Below, piece after piece: positions 39,704 to 49,624 of a stretch of 64,000 bases of DNA; within the stretch, counting starts at the first letter, position 1; each line of letters opens with the position of its first letter. Below the pieces are notes generated by a model, which saw only the letters and a program-made list of their open reading frames with translations, was not told where the DNA came from and did not search any database. Both the position numbers and the translations under genes were made by a program. The stretch lies in contig OZ252299.1 of NCBI GenBank assembly GCA_965250285.1, positions 3,136,001 through 3,200,000 of the forward strand, given 5' to 3'. The stretch is from Myxococcota bacterium (GTDB lineage Bacteria > Myxococcota_A > UBA9160 > UBA4427).

Positions 39704-40321
39704 ATGAAGCTGTACACATACTCGGGCGCGCCGAACCCGCGCCGTGTCCACATCTATCTCGCCGAAAAGGGCATCGAGGTGCCCTTCGAGCAGGTCGACA
39801 TCATGAAGCGGGCGAACCGCGAGCCCGGCTTCATGCGCGACGTGAACGCGCTGGGCGGTCTGCCGGTGCTCGAGCTCGACGATGGCTCGCACATCGCCGA
39901 GTCGGTGGCGATCTGCCGCTTCTTCGAGGCGCGCCAGCCCGACCCGCCGCTCTTCGGCGAGTCGCCCGAGGCCCAGGGGCGCGTCGAGATGTGGCTCCGG
40001 CGCGTCGAGCTGAACGGGATGATGCCCGTCGGGATGGTCTGGCTGCACGGCTCACCGCTCACCCGCGCGGTCGTGAAGCAACAGATCCCGGAGGTGGCAG
40101 AGCAGTACCGCCGGGTGTTCCGCGATTTTCACACCCTGCTCGACCGTCGACTCGCGGAGCACGCCTACCTCGCGGGTGACGACTACTCGATGGCCGACAT
40201 CCTTGCGCTCTGCACGCTCGACTTCGCGGCCGGTCTCAATGACCTGCCCTGGTCCGAAGAGCAGACGCATCTCGCGCGCTGGCACGCGTCGGTCTCGGCG
40301 CGGCCCAGCGCGTCGGCGTGA
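39704..40321 (+). CDS. Glutathione S-transferase
   Basis: APNPRRV, PVLELDDG, ESVAICR, YSMADI. Confidence 0.92.
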   Translation: MKLYTYSGAPNPRRVHIYLAEKGIEVPFEQVDIMKRANREPGFMRDVNALGGLPVLELDDGSHIAESVAICRFFEARQPDPPLFGESPEAQGRVEMWLRRVELNGMMPVGMVWLHGSPLTRAVVKQQIPEVAEQYRRVFRDFHTLLDRRLAEHAYLAGDDYSMADILALCTLDFAAGLNDLPWSEEQTHLARWHASVSARPSASA

Positions 40322-40337
40322 GGCCGCGCCGCCGGTC

Positions 40338-40622
40338 TCAATCCTGGTAGCGGTGCATCGTGGGCGGACCGTCGAGGAAGGGCCCGATCTTCGCCATCTC
40401 GCCCATGGCGGGCGACTTGCCGTGCGCGTCGAGCTCTTCCTGCGAGGCCCACGACTCGACGAGCACATAGCGCGTGTCGCTGTCGACGCTCTTGAAGAGA
40501 TCGTACATCTCGCAGCCGGCGTCCTCGGCCTTGACCTTGGCGATCGCCGCACCGGCGGCGGACTCGAAGTCGGCGGCGCTGCCGGGCTTGATGTTGAACT
40601 GGACGGTGAGTCGGAAGGACAT
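40338..40622 (-). CDS. ABM-domain monooxygenase-like protein
   Basis: MSFRLTVQFNIKPG, EDAGCEMY, ESWASQEELDAH. Confidence 0.82.
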   Translation of the reverse strand: MSFRLTVQFNIKPGSAADFESAAGAAIAKVKAEDAGCEMYDLFKSVDSDTRYVLVESWASQEELDAHGKSPAMGEMAKIGPFLDGPPTMHRYQD

Positions 40623-40699
40623 GGGGGCTCCATCAGAGGGGTTCGGTTCGTTCGACCCCGTCGATCGGGGACGCGCGAGCCTAGCGCGACCCGAACGCC

Positions 40700-41596
40700 C
40701 TACATCAGCACCCCACGCTCGTCCGGCAAGAGCTTCTCGGGCACATCGGGGTCGCCCACCATCTGCCGCAGGTCGATCTCGATCGTGTTGCAGAGCGCCG
40801 TCATCGGCGTGTCGGAGCCGCGGTTGCGAAACGGATCCTGCAGCTCGAGGGCCACCCCCTCGATCGTGGCGAAGAAGAGCGCGACGAAGAAGCAGATGGG
40901 CACCACGAAGATGTCGGTCGAGTACAGCATGCCGAACGGCAGCATGATCACGAAGATCACGATGCCCGCGCGCGTATAGACGTCGTAATCGACGGGGAAG
41001 ACCGTATTGTTGATGCGCTCGCACTTGCCCATGTGGTCGCAGAGGCGCTTCAGGGTCTCGTCGATGGCGAGGGAGCCGAAGCCGTCGAGCGCCTCGCGTT
41101 CGCGCAGACCCCGCAGCGTCGTCTGCATCGACTCGAGGATCGCGTTGGCCTTGTTTGCACGCCCCTCGAGCGCCGCGCGCTCGGCCGCGTCGAGATGGGC
41201 CTCGAGCCCCTCGAGCGGATCCTCCGCGCGCAGCTGGCTGCGCAGGGCCTTGCACCACGCGACCTGATGGTGGGCGAGCGAGGCGACGACATCGGCGCAG
41301 GCCGGATCGACGAAGCCCCGCAGCTGACGCACGAACGTCCGGCTGTCGTTGACGATGCCGCCCCACACCTTGCGCGCCTCCCACCAGCGGTCGTAGGCCG
41401 CGTTCGTCCGAAAACCGAGCAACAGCGAGACCGAGATGCCGAGCACCGTCGAAATCGACATCGTCAGGTCGATGTGGGTGAAGCCGGCGTATTCGTAGAG
41501 ATAGTGAACGCCGGCAACGAACAAGACGTAGACGAGCGCCGGCAGCCGCAGCTGTCTCAGCAGGTGGGTCGACGTGTGGAGCGGATTCGTGTGCAA
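40700..41596 (-). CDS. Bestrophin family channel
   Basis: LLLGFRTNAAYDRWWEARKVWG, CERI, LQDPF; probable TTG start. Confidence 0.9.
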   Translation of the reverse strand: MHTNPLHTSTHLLRQLRLPALVYVLFVAGVHYLYEYAGFTHIDLTMSISTVLGISVSLLLGFRTNAAYDRWWEARKVWGGIVNDSRTFVRQLRGFVDPACADVVASLAHHQVAWCKALRSQLRAEDPLEGLEAHLDAAERAALEGRANKANAILESMQTTLRGLREREALDGFGSLAIDETLKRLCDHMGKCERINNTVFPVDYDVYTRAGIVIFVIMLPFGMLYSTDIFVVPICFFVALFFATIEGVALELQDPFRNRGSDTPMTALCNTIEIDLRQMVGDPDVPEKLLPDERGVLM

Positions 41597-41790
41597 GTGA
41601 GACCTCGGGCAGAATCGGATGCGCGCGTCGGCTGGGCCGCCACGAGCCCCAGCAGGATGCCGCCGTCCGAGAAAAGGACAAGCGCCACACTGCCCGAAAC
41701 CGCAACGAACGTCGCGCGCAGCGTCGGGTTCGATCGAACTCGGGCGAAGACCTATCCTCACCCGCGAGACGCCCTCGACGAGGAGACCCG

Positions 41791-43113
41791 ATGAGCACTG
41801 CGCCCGCCCTCGATGCTTGGTCTGCCCTCCCCCCTCGCCCGTCGACGCCGCAGCTGCGGGGTGAGACCCCGAAACCCACCGGCCAGGTCGACGCCGACCC
41901 CGAGACCTTTCCGATCGATCGCATCGATCCCAGCGACGGCGACCTGTTCGCGGCGAACCAGCACGGCGGCTACTTCGCACGCCTGCGCCGCGAAGATCCG
42001 GTGCACCTCACGCGCGAGAGCCACTTCGGCGCCTACTGGTCGGTCACGAAGTACGACGACATCGTGACGGTCGAGAAGGATCCCGAGACGTACTCGTCGG
42101 CGCGCACGATCACCGTATCGGATCCGCTGCCCGACTCACCGATGGATTCGAGCTTCATCACGATGGACGGGCCGACCCAGGTGGCCCACCGCAAGACCGT
42201 GGCGCCGGCGCTCGGCCCGCGAAACCTCAAGCGGCTCGAGCCGATGGTGCGCGAGCGAGTCGAGCTGATCCTCGACGGGCTCCCCGTCGGCGAAGACTTC
42301 GAGTGGGTCGACCGCGTCTCGGTCGAGCTGACGACCTCGATGCTCGCCGTGCTCATCGACTTTCCGTTCGAGGAGCAGCGTCGGCTCACCTACTGGTCCG
42401 ACATGGTCACGACCCAGCCGAACCTCGACGGCCCGGGCAGCATCACGATCGACCAGCGCCACGCGGCCCTCACCGAGTGCCTCGAGGTCTTCGAGGGCCT
42501 CTGGAAGGAGCGCCAGGGCCAGGGCCGCACCGGCGACTTCATCAGCCTGCTCGCCGACGGCGCCGCGACCCGCGACATGTCGCCGCGCACGTTCCTGGCG
42601 ACGCTGGTGCTGCTGATCGTCGGCGGCAACGACACCACGCGAAACTCGATCAGCGGCGGCGTGCTGGCGTTGAACGAGCACCCGGCCGAGTACGACAAGC
42701 TGCGCGCCGACCCGACCCTGATCCCGAACATGGTGAGCGAGATGATTCGCTGGCAGACGCCGCTCTCGCACATGCGGCGCACCGCCACGCGCGACACCGA
42801 GCTGCGCGGTCGCTCGATTCAGGCCGGCGACAAGGTCGTCATGTGGTACGCATCGGGCAATCGCGACGAAGACGCGATCGAGCACGCGAACGCCTTCCGC
42901 ATCGATCGCCCCGACGCCCGCAAGCACCTTTCGTTCGGCTGGGGTCGCCACTTCTGCGTCGGCAGCCGCGTCGCCGAGATGCAGGTGCGCGTGCTCTGGG
43001 AGGAGATCCTGAAGCGCTTCGAGCACGTCGAGGTCGCGGCCCCCCCCGAGCGCGTGCGCTCAAGCTTCGTCAACGGCATTACGCGGCTGCCGGTGCGTCT
43101 GCACGCACGCTGA
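41791..43113 (+). CDS. Cytochrome P450 (CYP153-like)
   Basis: YWSVTKY, LLIVGGNDTTRNS, RWQTPL, HLSFGWGRHFCVG. Confidence 0.93.
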   Translation: MSTAPALDAWSALPPRPSTPQLRGETPKPTGQVDADPETFPIDRIDPSDGDLFAANQHGGYFARLRREDPVHLTRESHFGAYWSVTKYDDIVTVEKDPETYSSARTITVSDPLPDSPMDSSFITMDGPTQVAHRKTVAPALGPRNLKRLEPMVRERVELILDGLPVGEDFEWVDRVSVELTTSMLAVLIDFPFEEQRRLTYWSDMVTTQPNLDGPGSITIDQRHAALTECLEVFEGLWKERQGQGRTGDFISLLADGAATRDMSPRTFLATLVLLIVGGNDTTRNSISGGVLALNEHPAEYDKLRADPTLIPNMVSEMIRWQTPLSHMRRTATRDTELRGRSIQAGDKVVMWYASGNRDEDAIEHANAFRIDRPDARKHLSFGWGRHFCVGSRVAEMQVRVLWEEILKRFEHVEVAAPPERVRSSFVNGITRLPVRLHAR

Positions 43114-43146
43114 GGCGCGCGGGCGGCGCGAAGGGTTTCCGCGGCG

Positions 43147-44295
43147 CTAGCCGCTCAGGGCCGCCACCGCGCCGAATGCGGCGCCTGCGATCTTGCCGCC
43201 GCGCAGGTCGCCGACGAGGCTGCCGGCCATCCGGTTCATCACGTAGGTGATGGTCAAGCGCGCGTCGAGGTCGGTGATCGCGAGCGAGCCACCCCAGCCG
43301 CCCCAGAAGAACGTGCGCGGGTTGGGGCCGATGGGCAGGGTCGCGCTGTTGAGACCGAACCCGTTGCCGAGCGCGAAGGGCACGCCGAGCACGAGGTCTT
43401 CGCCCTCGATCTGCTTCTCGAGGATGCGCGCGACGCCCGCCTCCGAGAGCAGCCGCACGCCGTCGACGGCGCCGCCGCACGCGAGCGCCGAGTGAACCCG
43501 CGCGACCGAGCGCGCGTTGCCCGTGCCGCCGGCGGCCGGGATCTCGGCGCCGCGCCACGCGCGCGAGCGCGGTTCGAGGGCCGTCAGCGGCGCGCCCGCG
43601 AGCGCCCGACCCGCGATCGAATCCTTCGGCGGCGCGCCTTCCCCGGTGCCGAGCGCGTTCGGCGGAGGGACGAGCTGGGCGACGCGCTCATCCTCGCTCG
43701 CGGGCAGGCCGATATGGAAGTCGGCCCCGAGCGGCTCAGCGACTTCTTCGCGAAAGAACGTGCCGATCGAGCGGCCGGTCACGCGACGCACGATCTCGCC
43801 CTGCAGATAGCCCTGGGTCACGGCGTGATAGCCCGACTGCGTGCCCGGCTCCCACCAGGGGGCCTGCGCCGCGAGCCGCTCGACGCACGCGTCCCAGTCG
43901 TAGAGCAGCGGGGCGTCTTCGAGCGGGGGTTCGAAACCCGGCAGCCCCGCCGTATGACTCATGACGTGCGACACGGTGACGCCGGCCTTGCCGTTCTGCG
44001 CGAACTCGGGCCAATAGGTCGCGACCGGGGCGGCCAGGTCGACCTCGCCCCGGTCGGCGAGCATGAGCACGCAGAGCGCGGCCATGGTCTTGGTCGTCGA
44101 GTAGACGTTGATGATCGTGTCACGCTGCCACGGGCGACCGTCGGGGCCGGCTTCGCCCGCCCAGAGATCGACGACGAACTCGCCGTCCTTCGTGATGGCG
44201 ACGCACGCGCCATCCTCGAGCCCCTCTTCGAAGTTGGCGACGAACGCGTCGCGCACGCTCTCGAAGCCCGGCTTCACGAATCCCTCGATGTCCAT
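43147..44295 (-). CDS. Serine hydrolase (EstB-like)
   Basis: YSTTK, YWPEFAQNGK, WWEPGTQSGYH, WGGWGGS. Confidence 0.9.
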   Translation of the reverse strand: MDIEGFVKPGFESVRDAFVANFEEGLEDGACVAITKDGEFVVDLWAGEAGPDGRPWQRDTIINVYSTTKTMAALCVLMLADRGEVDLAAPVATYWPEFAQNGKAGVTVSHVMSHTAGLPGFEPPLEDAPLLYDWDACVERLAAQAPWWEPGTQSGYHAVTQGYLQGEIVRRVTGRSIGTFFREEVAEPLGADFHIGLPASEDERVAQLVPPPNALGTGEGAPPKDSIAGRALAGAPLTALEPRSRAWRGAEIPAAGGTGNARSVARVHSALACGGAVDGVRLLSEAGVARILEKQIEGEDLVLGVPFALGNGFGLNSATLPIGPNPRTFFWGGWGGSLAITDLDARLTITYVMNRMAGSLVGDLRGGKIAGAAFGAVAALSG

Positions 44296-44483
44296 CGGTT
44301 CCCCCGTCTTGATCGCTGACTCGGTAAGGGCCGACGCGGCGGCACGGCGTCGGCGCGTCACGATCCGAGAGGATGGCTCGTCTGGACCGCCTGCGTCACC
44401 ATGAAATCGAGACGCCGGTGCGGCCATTCTTCGCCTCACGGATCGACATGAACGCGCCTCCAGGCGCGCACAAGGGAGTGCCG

Positions 44484-45287
44484 ATGTCCTTCATTCGGAT
44501 CGAGAAGCCGATCCCCCACACCAGCGTGATCACCATGGATCGGCCCGATCGCATGAACTCGCTGGCGTTCGAGCTGGCCGTGCCGCTGCACGAGGCGTTC
44601 GAGGAGGTCGCGGCCGACAACGACACGCACTGTGTGATCCTCACCGGCACCGGCCGCGGCTTCTGCTCGGGCGCCGACACCCAGCACACCGAGCCGCCCC
44701 CCAACATCGGCGGCATGACGCTCACGCGCATCGCCACGCGCTCGTTCACGATCCTCGCCGATCTCGTGCCGGCGATGCAGCGTATGCCGCAGCCGGTCAT
44801 CTGCGCGGTCAACGGCGCGGCGATCGGCGGCGGCATGTGCCTGACGCTCGGCGCAGACGTCCGACTCGCCGCCGAGTCGGCGTACTTTCGCGCGGCCGGC
44901 ATCAACAACGGGCTCACGGCGGTCGAGCTCGGCTTGAGCTTTCTGCTGCCGCGCGCCATCGGCTCATCGCGCGCGTTCGAGATCTGCCTCTCGGGCCGCG
45001 ACGTGTCGGCCCGCGAGGCCGCCGAGATCGGGCTGGTCTCGCGCGCCGTCCCCGACGACGAGCTCTTGAATGAAGCGCTGAAGCTGGCCGAGCAGATCAA
45101 CGGCTGGAGCACGCAGGGTGTTCAGCTGACGAAGCGCATGCTCTGGTCGGGGCTCGAGACGAACAGCGTGCGCGCGGCGATCGAGATGGAGACGCATACG
45201 CAGCTCTTCGTCCGCCTCACGACGAAGAACTTCGAAGAGGCGACGCGGGCGAGAAAGGAAGGGCGCAAGCCGGTCTTCGAGGACTAG
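44484..45287 (+). CDS. Enoyl-CoA hydratase/isomerase
   Basis: GFCSGAD, PVICAVNGAAIGGG, GLVSR. Confidence 0.92.
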   Translation: MSFIRIEKPIPHTSVITMDRPDRMNSLAFELAVPLHEAFEEVAADNDTHCVILTGTGRGFCSGADTQHTEPPPNIGGMTLTRIATRSFTILADLVPAMQRMPQPVICAVNGAAIGGGMCLTLGADVRLAAESAYFRAAGINNGLTAVELGLSFLLPRAIGSSRAFEICLSGRDVSAREAAEIGLVSRAVPDDELLNEALKLAEQINGWSTQGVQLTKRMLWSGLETNSVRAAIEMETHTQLFVRLTTKNFEEATRARKEGRKPVFED

Positions 45288-45435
45288 GCGCGCGCCGCGT
45301 TCGAGCGGAGGGCTCGCTCTGGCGTGATGCATCTGGGGCGCGGGGGTCTGGCCCTGGGCCTGCGGGTGCCCGATCGACGCGGTCGACTGCACCTGGCGGA
45401 GAGAACAGAGGCGTTCGCGCTAGGCTAAGCGCGAC

Positions 45436-46683
45436 ATGTCCGAACTCGAATCCCTCCGAAGTGCCCATGAACAGTTGCGGTCGTCCGGCCTGTCGCTCTC
45501 GATGACGCGCGGGCAACCGAGCGACGACCAGTTCGACCTCTCGAATCCGCTCCTGCAGAGCGTCGGGGCCGACGCCACGCGCACGCCCAGCGGCGTCGAC
45601 ATCCGCAACTATCCGGGCGGCGTCGCCGGCCTCGTCGAGGCTCGCCATCTGTTCGGCGAGCTCCTCGGCGCATCGGCCGAAGAGACCATCGTGGGCAACA
45701 ACGCGAGCCTCGAGCTGATGGGCCACGTGCTCGTATGGGGCCTGCTGAAGGGGCTGCGCGCCAGCCCGGCGCCCTGGGTGAGCGAGCGCCCGCGCATGAT
45801 CGTGACGGTCCCGGGCTACGATCGTCACTTCTCGATGCTCGAAGGCTACGGCTACGAACCGGTGCCTGTCGCGATCACGCCGAATGGCCCCGATATCGAT
45901 GCGGTCGAGTCGCTCGCGAAGTCGGACCCGAGGGTGAAGGGCATCCTGTTCGTGCCCGTCTACAGCAATCCGACGGGCGATGTGATCGCAGACGACGTGG
46001 TCGACCGGCTGGTCCAGATGCCCACGGCCGCGCCGGATTTCACGGTGCTCGCCGACAACGCCTATGCGGTCCACCATCTGACCGACGACGAAGTGGTGCC
46101 CCGCAACCTGCTCCGCGCAGCCGAGGCAGCGGGCCATCCCGACCGGGTGATCCTCTTCGGCTCGACCTCGAAGATCACGTTCGCCGGGGCCGGCCTCGGC
46201 TATCTCGCCACCAGCCGGGCCAACGTCGAGTACCTGTCCGGTTTGATGGCGCTCCACACGATCGGGCCGAACAAGATCGAGCAGCACCGGCACGTGCGTT
46301 TTCTGCAGTCGTTCGAGGGGGGCGTCCGCGGTCTCATGCGCGCCCATGCCGAGATCATCCGACCGAAGTTCGAGGCCGTGCAGCGCGTGCTCGAGGCCGA
46401 GCTCGGCGACTCGGGCCTCGCCACGTGGACGAACCCGCGTGGCGGCTACTTCGTGAGCCTCGACACGGCGCGTCCTGTCGCCGACCGCGTCGTCGAGCTT
46501 GCGAACGAGGTGGGCGTCGCTTTGACCCCGGCCGGGGCGACGTACCCGGGCGGGGTGGATCCGAACAACCAGAACATCCGTCTGGCGCCCACGCGGCCCC
46601 CGCTCGAAGACGTCGAGAAGGCGATGCACGTCGTCGGCCACTGCATCAAGCTGGCGTCGGCCGAGTACGACGCGCGCGGGTAG
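45436..46683 (+). CDS. PLP-dependent aminotransferase (Rv3722c-like aspartate aminotransferase family)
   Basis: MTRGQP, PGYDRHF, YSNPTG, DNAY, STSKITFAG, IRLAP. Confidence 0.88.
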   Translation: MSELESLRSAHEQLRSSGLSLSMTRGQPSDDQFDLSNPLLQSVGADATRTPSGVDIRNYPGGVAGLVEARHLFGELLGASAEETIVGNNASLELMGHVLVWGLLKGLRASPAPWVSERPRMIVTVPGYDRHFSMLEGYGYEPVPVAITPNGPDIDAVESLAKSDPRVKGILFVPVYSNPTGDVIADDVVDRLVQMPTAAPDFTVLADNAYAVHHLTDDEVVPRNLLRAAEAAGHPDRVILFGSTSKITFAGAGLGYLATSRANVEYLSGLMALHTIGPNKIEQHRHVRFLQSFEGGVRGLMRAHAEIIRPKFEAVQRVLEAELGDSGLATWTNPRGGYFVSLDTARPVADRVVELANEVGVALTPAGATYPGGVDPNNQNIRLAPTRPPLEDVEKAMHVVGHCIKLASAEYDARG

Positions 46684-46759
46684 GCTTCGAGCCGCCGGCC
46701 GGGCGGAGCGTCACCCACCGATCCTCGAGTGATCCCGAGCGCCACCCTCGGCGCGATGC

Positions 46760-47107
46760 CTAGTACGGATAGCCGAAGACGAAGGGGCGGTTCCAGCTTG
46801 TCGATGCGTCGTCGCGGTCTTGCTCCGCCATCTCCCGGAGCGCGATCGTCGCCATGCCGATCGTTGCGGCGCTGACGTTCGCGGCCTCGTCCTCGTTCTC
46901 GGAGCGGGGCGAGCAGATGCAGCCGACGTTGTCGGCCATGATCGCGACGGCACCGAGCTCCATCCCGATCCGTTCACAGTAGGTCGCGCACTGGTCGGCA
47001 CTGTCGGCGGGCACGTCGACGCCGGTACCCGTGCCGACCGTGGCCTGGCAGGCGAGCAGCATCGCGCACAGCGAGATCATGCAGAGGCGGGCGCGGCGTA
47101 ACGGCAT
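46760..47107 (-). CDS. Small Cys-containing lipoprotein
   Basis: LLAC lipobox; CxxxC and CxC. Confidence 0.55.
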   Translation of the reverse strand: MPLRRARLCMISLCAMLLACQATVGTGTGVDVPADSADQCATYCERIGMELGAVAIMADNVGCICSPRSENEDEAANVSAATIGMATIALREMAEQDRDDASTSWNRPFVFGYPY

Positions 47108-47327
47108 GCGCACGAGACTACCGCCGGGTGACGGCTCGAGCCAAGGCGAAGGCGCCTGCCCACCGCTCGGCTCGACTCGGCTCGGCTGCACGGGGCCGCT
47201 CACCGGTCGGACCGCGCAGCGACGTGCCCGCCTGAGCCACAGGTGCTGCGGCCTGCCTCGCTGCGGGCACATGGTTCGCCCACCTTCGCACGCCGTAGGC
47301 GAACGGCTGCGTTGCATGAGATCGTGA

Positions 47328-49100
47328 CTAGGGGGCCCCGGTCTCCGGCGTGATCGAGCCGTCAGCGCCGGGTGTCGCGCCGGCGCCGCCACTCGCGTCC
47401 GCCGTGCCGTATACGATCTCGCCGGCCACGATCGCGATCGCGCCCGCGTCGCCGCCCTGCGATCCGATGACGCCCGGGTTGGCGTTGCCGCCCGAGCTGT
47501 CCATCGCCGGCTCAACATCGACCGAGCCCGTCGCCACGCCCGCCTCGGCGGCGAGGTCGAACGACAGCCCTACGCTGTCGCCACCGGCGCTCTCACCGTC
47601 GCCGCCCCTGGCAGTCAGGCCGTCGAAGCCGAGGAGGTGGATCGCCTGGGTGCCCTCGCTGATGTCGTTCAGTAGGTAGAAGAAGACGCCGCCTCCCGCG
47701 CCGCCCGTGCCATCGCTGGCCAGAGATTCGCCGCCCGTCGCGATCACCCCGCCCGAGACCCAGATGTCGCCCGCCGGAACGTCGAGCTCGCGCTCTTCGT
47801 AGTCGTCGACGCTCGACCCGGTGAAGAAGATTGCGGAGCCACCAACACCGTAGTAGTCGGCTCCGATCTCGCTCGACGCATCTCCGCCGTGAGCGATGAG
47901 CATGCCGCTCGATCGCAGGTCCGCACCCGCCGCCCCGAGGCCTATCTCGCCCCCACTGCCCGGATACACGAACTGGGCGGCGTCATCGGTGGCGTCGCCG
48001 CCATCACTCGTGAGGTCGCCCGTGTTGCGCAGCTCGCCGCGGTAGTAGCCCGCAACCTGGATGGTGCCGCCGTCGCCGCCCTGGCCAACACCATCGCCGC
48101 CGCTCGCCTGCAGATCGCCCGAGTTGCAGAGCGAGGCGTACGGCAGAATCGCGATCCCGCCGCCACTGCCACCGATCCCCGTGGCGCCCGATGCAGCACC
48201 ACCGCTGCTTCGCATGTCGCCCGTATTCTCGATCAGGCCACCGGGCTCACCGTCGAAGTCCACTTGATAGTTGTAGAAGCCGGTGTAGAAATAGATGCCG
48301 CCGCCGTTGCCGGCTCGACCATCGGTCTGATCGGCGCCATACGAGAGCCACGCGCCGCTGTTGTAGCCACGGCCGAGCGCACCGACGTCGATCGGGCCGC
48401 CATCCTGCCCGGGCAACGTGCCGAACGTCTCGATGCCGCCCCTGCCGATGTAATCGCCATCGGTATAGAGATTGACGGCCCCGCGCTGCTCGCTGTCGAC
48501 GTCGACGACCGTGATCGTGCCGTCGTTGACCAGGTCGTGGCTGAAGGTCAGAACGCCGGCCGGCCGACCATTGCTCGATAGATTCAGGCCCAGCGTGACG
48601 GTGGCACCCGCCTGCACCTCGAAGCCAGTCACGGGCGCCTCGTTGCCGAGGATCAGATCACCGTCCGAGACGTACAGGCTCGAGTCGTCTTCGAGCAGGT
48701 ACGGAACACCGAGGGGAGGCGCCGAGAGCACGACCGGAATCGCGAGATCGCCGCTCACGACGAGTGGATTGGGGCCGAGATCGGGCGAGAACGAACCCGT
48801 GGGCACGAAGCTCGCGTCAACCGAACCGCTCTCGCTCACCTCGATCGAGCCCGCACCCCCGAACCAGATCTCGAAGCCGATGAAGCCCCCCAGGCCGCCC
48901 GTGCCACCGGTCGAGCCGGCGTCGCCCCCCGAGACATCGATCGGGTGCGTCGATGCACTCGCGCCTCCGACGCCCGGATTGCAGAGCACCACCGTCGTCG
49001 TCGTGCTCGTGCGGGTCTGCTTGCAGCCCAGGTGGCCCGCACCGAGCAGGCACACGAGCACGAGCGCGCTGATCCGCACGGCCGGAATCGAGCGATGCAT
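47328..49100 (-). CDS. Gly-rich repetitive surface lipoprotein (beta-helix/adhesin-like)
   Basis: HLGC lipobox; repeated NxGxLxAxGG...GGxGGxI units. Confidence 0.7.
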   Translation of the reverse strand: MHRSIPAVRISALVLVCLLGAGHLGCKQTRTSTTTTVVLCNPGVGGASASTHPIDVSGGDAGSTGGTGGLGGFIGFEIWFGGAGSIEVSESGSVDASFVPTGSFSPDLGPNPLVVSGDLAIPVVLSAPPLGVPYLLEDDSSLYVSDGDLILGNEAPVTGFEVQAGATVTLGLNLSSNGRPAGVLTFSHDLVNDGTITVVDVDSEQRGAVNLYTDGDYIGRGGIETFGTLPGQDGGPIDVGALGRGYNSGAWLSYGADQTDGRAGNGGGIYFYTGFYNYQVDFDGEPGGLIENTGDMRSSGGAASGATGIGGSGGGIAILPYASLCNSGDLQASGGDGVGQGGDGGTIQVAGYYRGELRNTGDLTSDGGDATDDAAQFVYPGSGGEIGLGAAGADLRSSGMLIAHGGDASSEIGADYYGVGGSAIFFTGSSVDDYEERELDVPAGDIWVSGGVIATGGESLASDGTGGAGGGVFFYLLNDISEGTQAIHLLGFDGLTARGGDGESAGGDSVGLSFDLAAEAGVATGSVDVEPAMDSSGGNANPGVIGSQGGDAGAIAIVAGEIVYGTADASGGAGATPGADGSITPETGAP

Positions 49101-49624
49101 GAGAACCTCCTCGGCATGTCGGCGTCTCGGCACCCACGCGCAGCCGGCAAGATCTGCAGTCTACGGCACGCGCAAACAGAATCGGCATCTTCGTCGCGAT
49201 CGGCTGCGTCCTCACGCCCGGGTGCGTGCTCGACAGATAGGTCACTCGCAACATGTCGAAATCAAGCCGGGCCCGAGCGCTGAGCGGGGGCGGGGGCGGG
49301 GGCGGGGATCTCGCCTTCCGCCCCGTCGCGCGCGGTCCGTACGCGTCTGCATCTGCGGCGAAGTGCGTGCTGAATTCGGATCTTTCGATCCTGCACCGGG
49401 TCCGACTTGTGCGGCCCGGTCGAGTTCGTGGCATCGCGACCGTTCAGGCGCTGTCGATCACACCCATTGTGAGTTCCGTGAGCGGGCAAGACGCAGGCAG
49501 TTGCGCGGTCGCGATCGCCGCCGAGAACGGACAATGCCGGAAGAGGAAGCACGGCCCTCGCTTGACACGCCTCCAACGAAGGCTCGCGGGGGATTCGCCG
49601 ACCCGCCGCGACACGAACGGGCGT

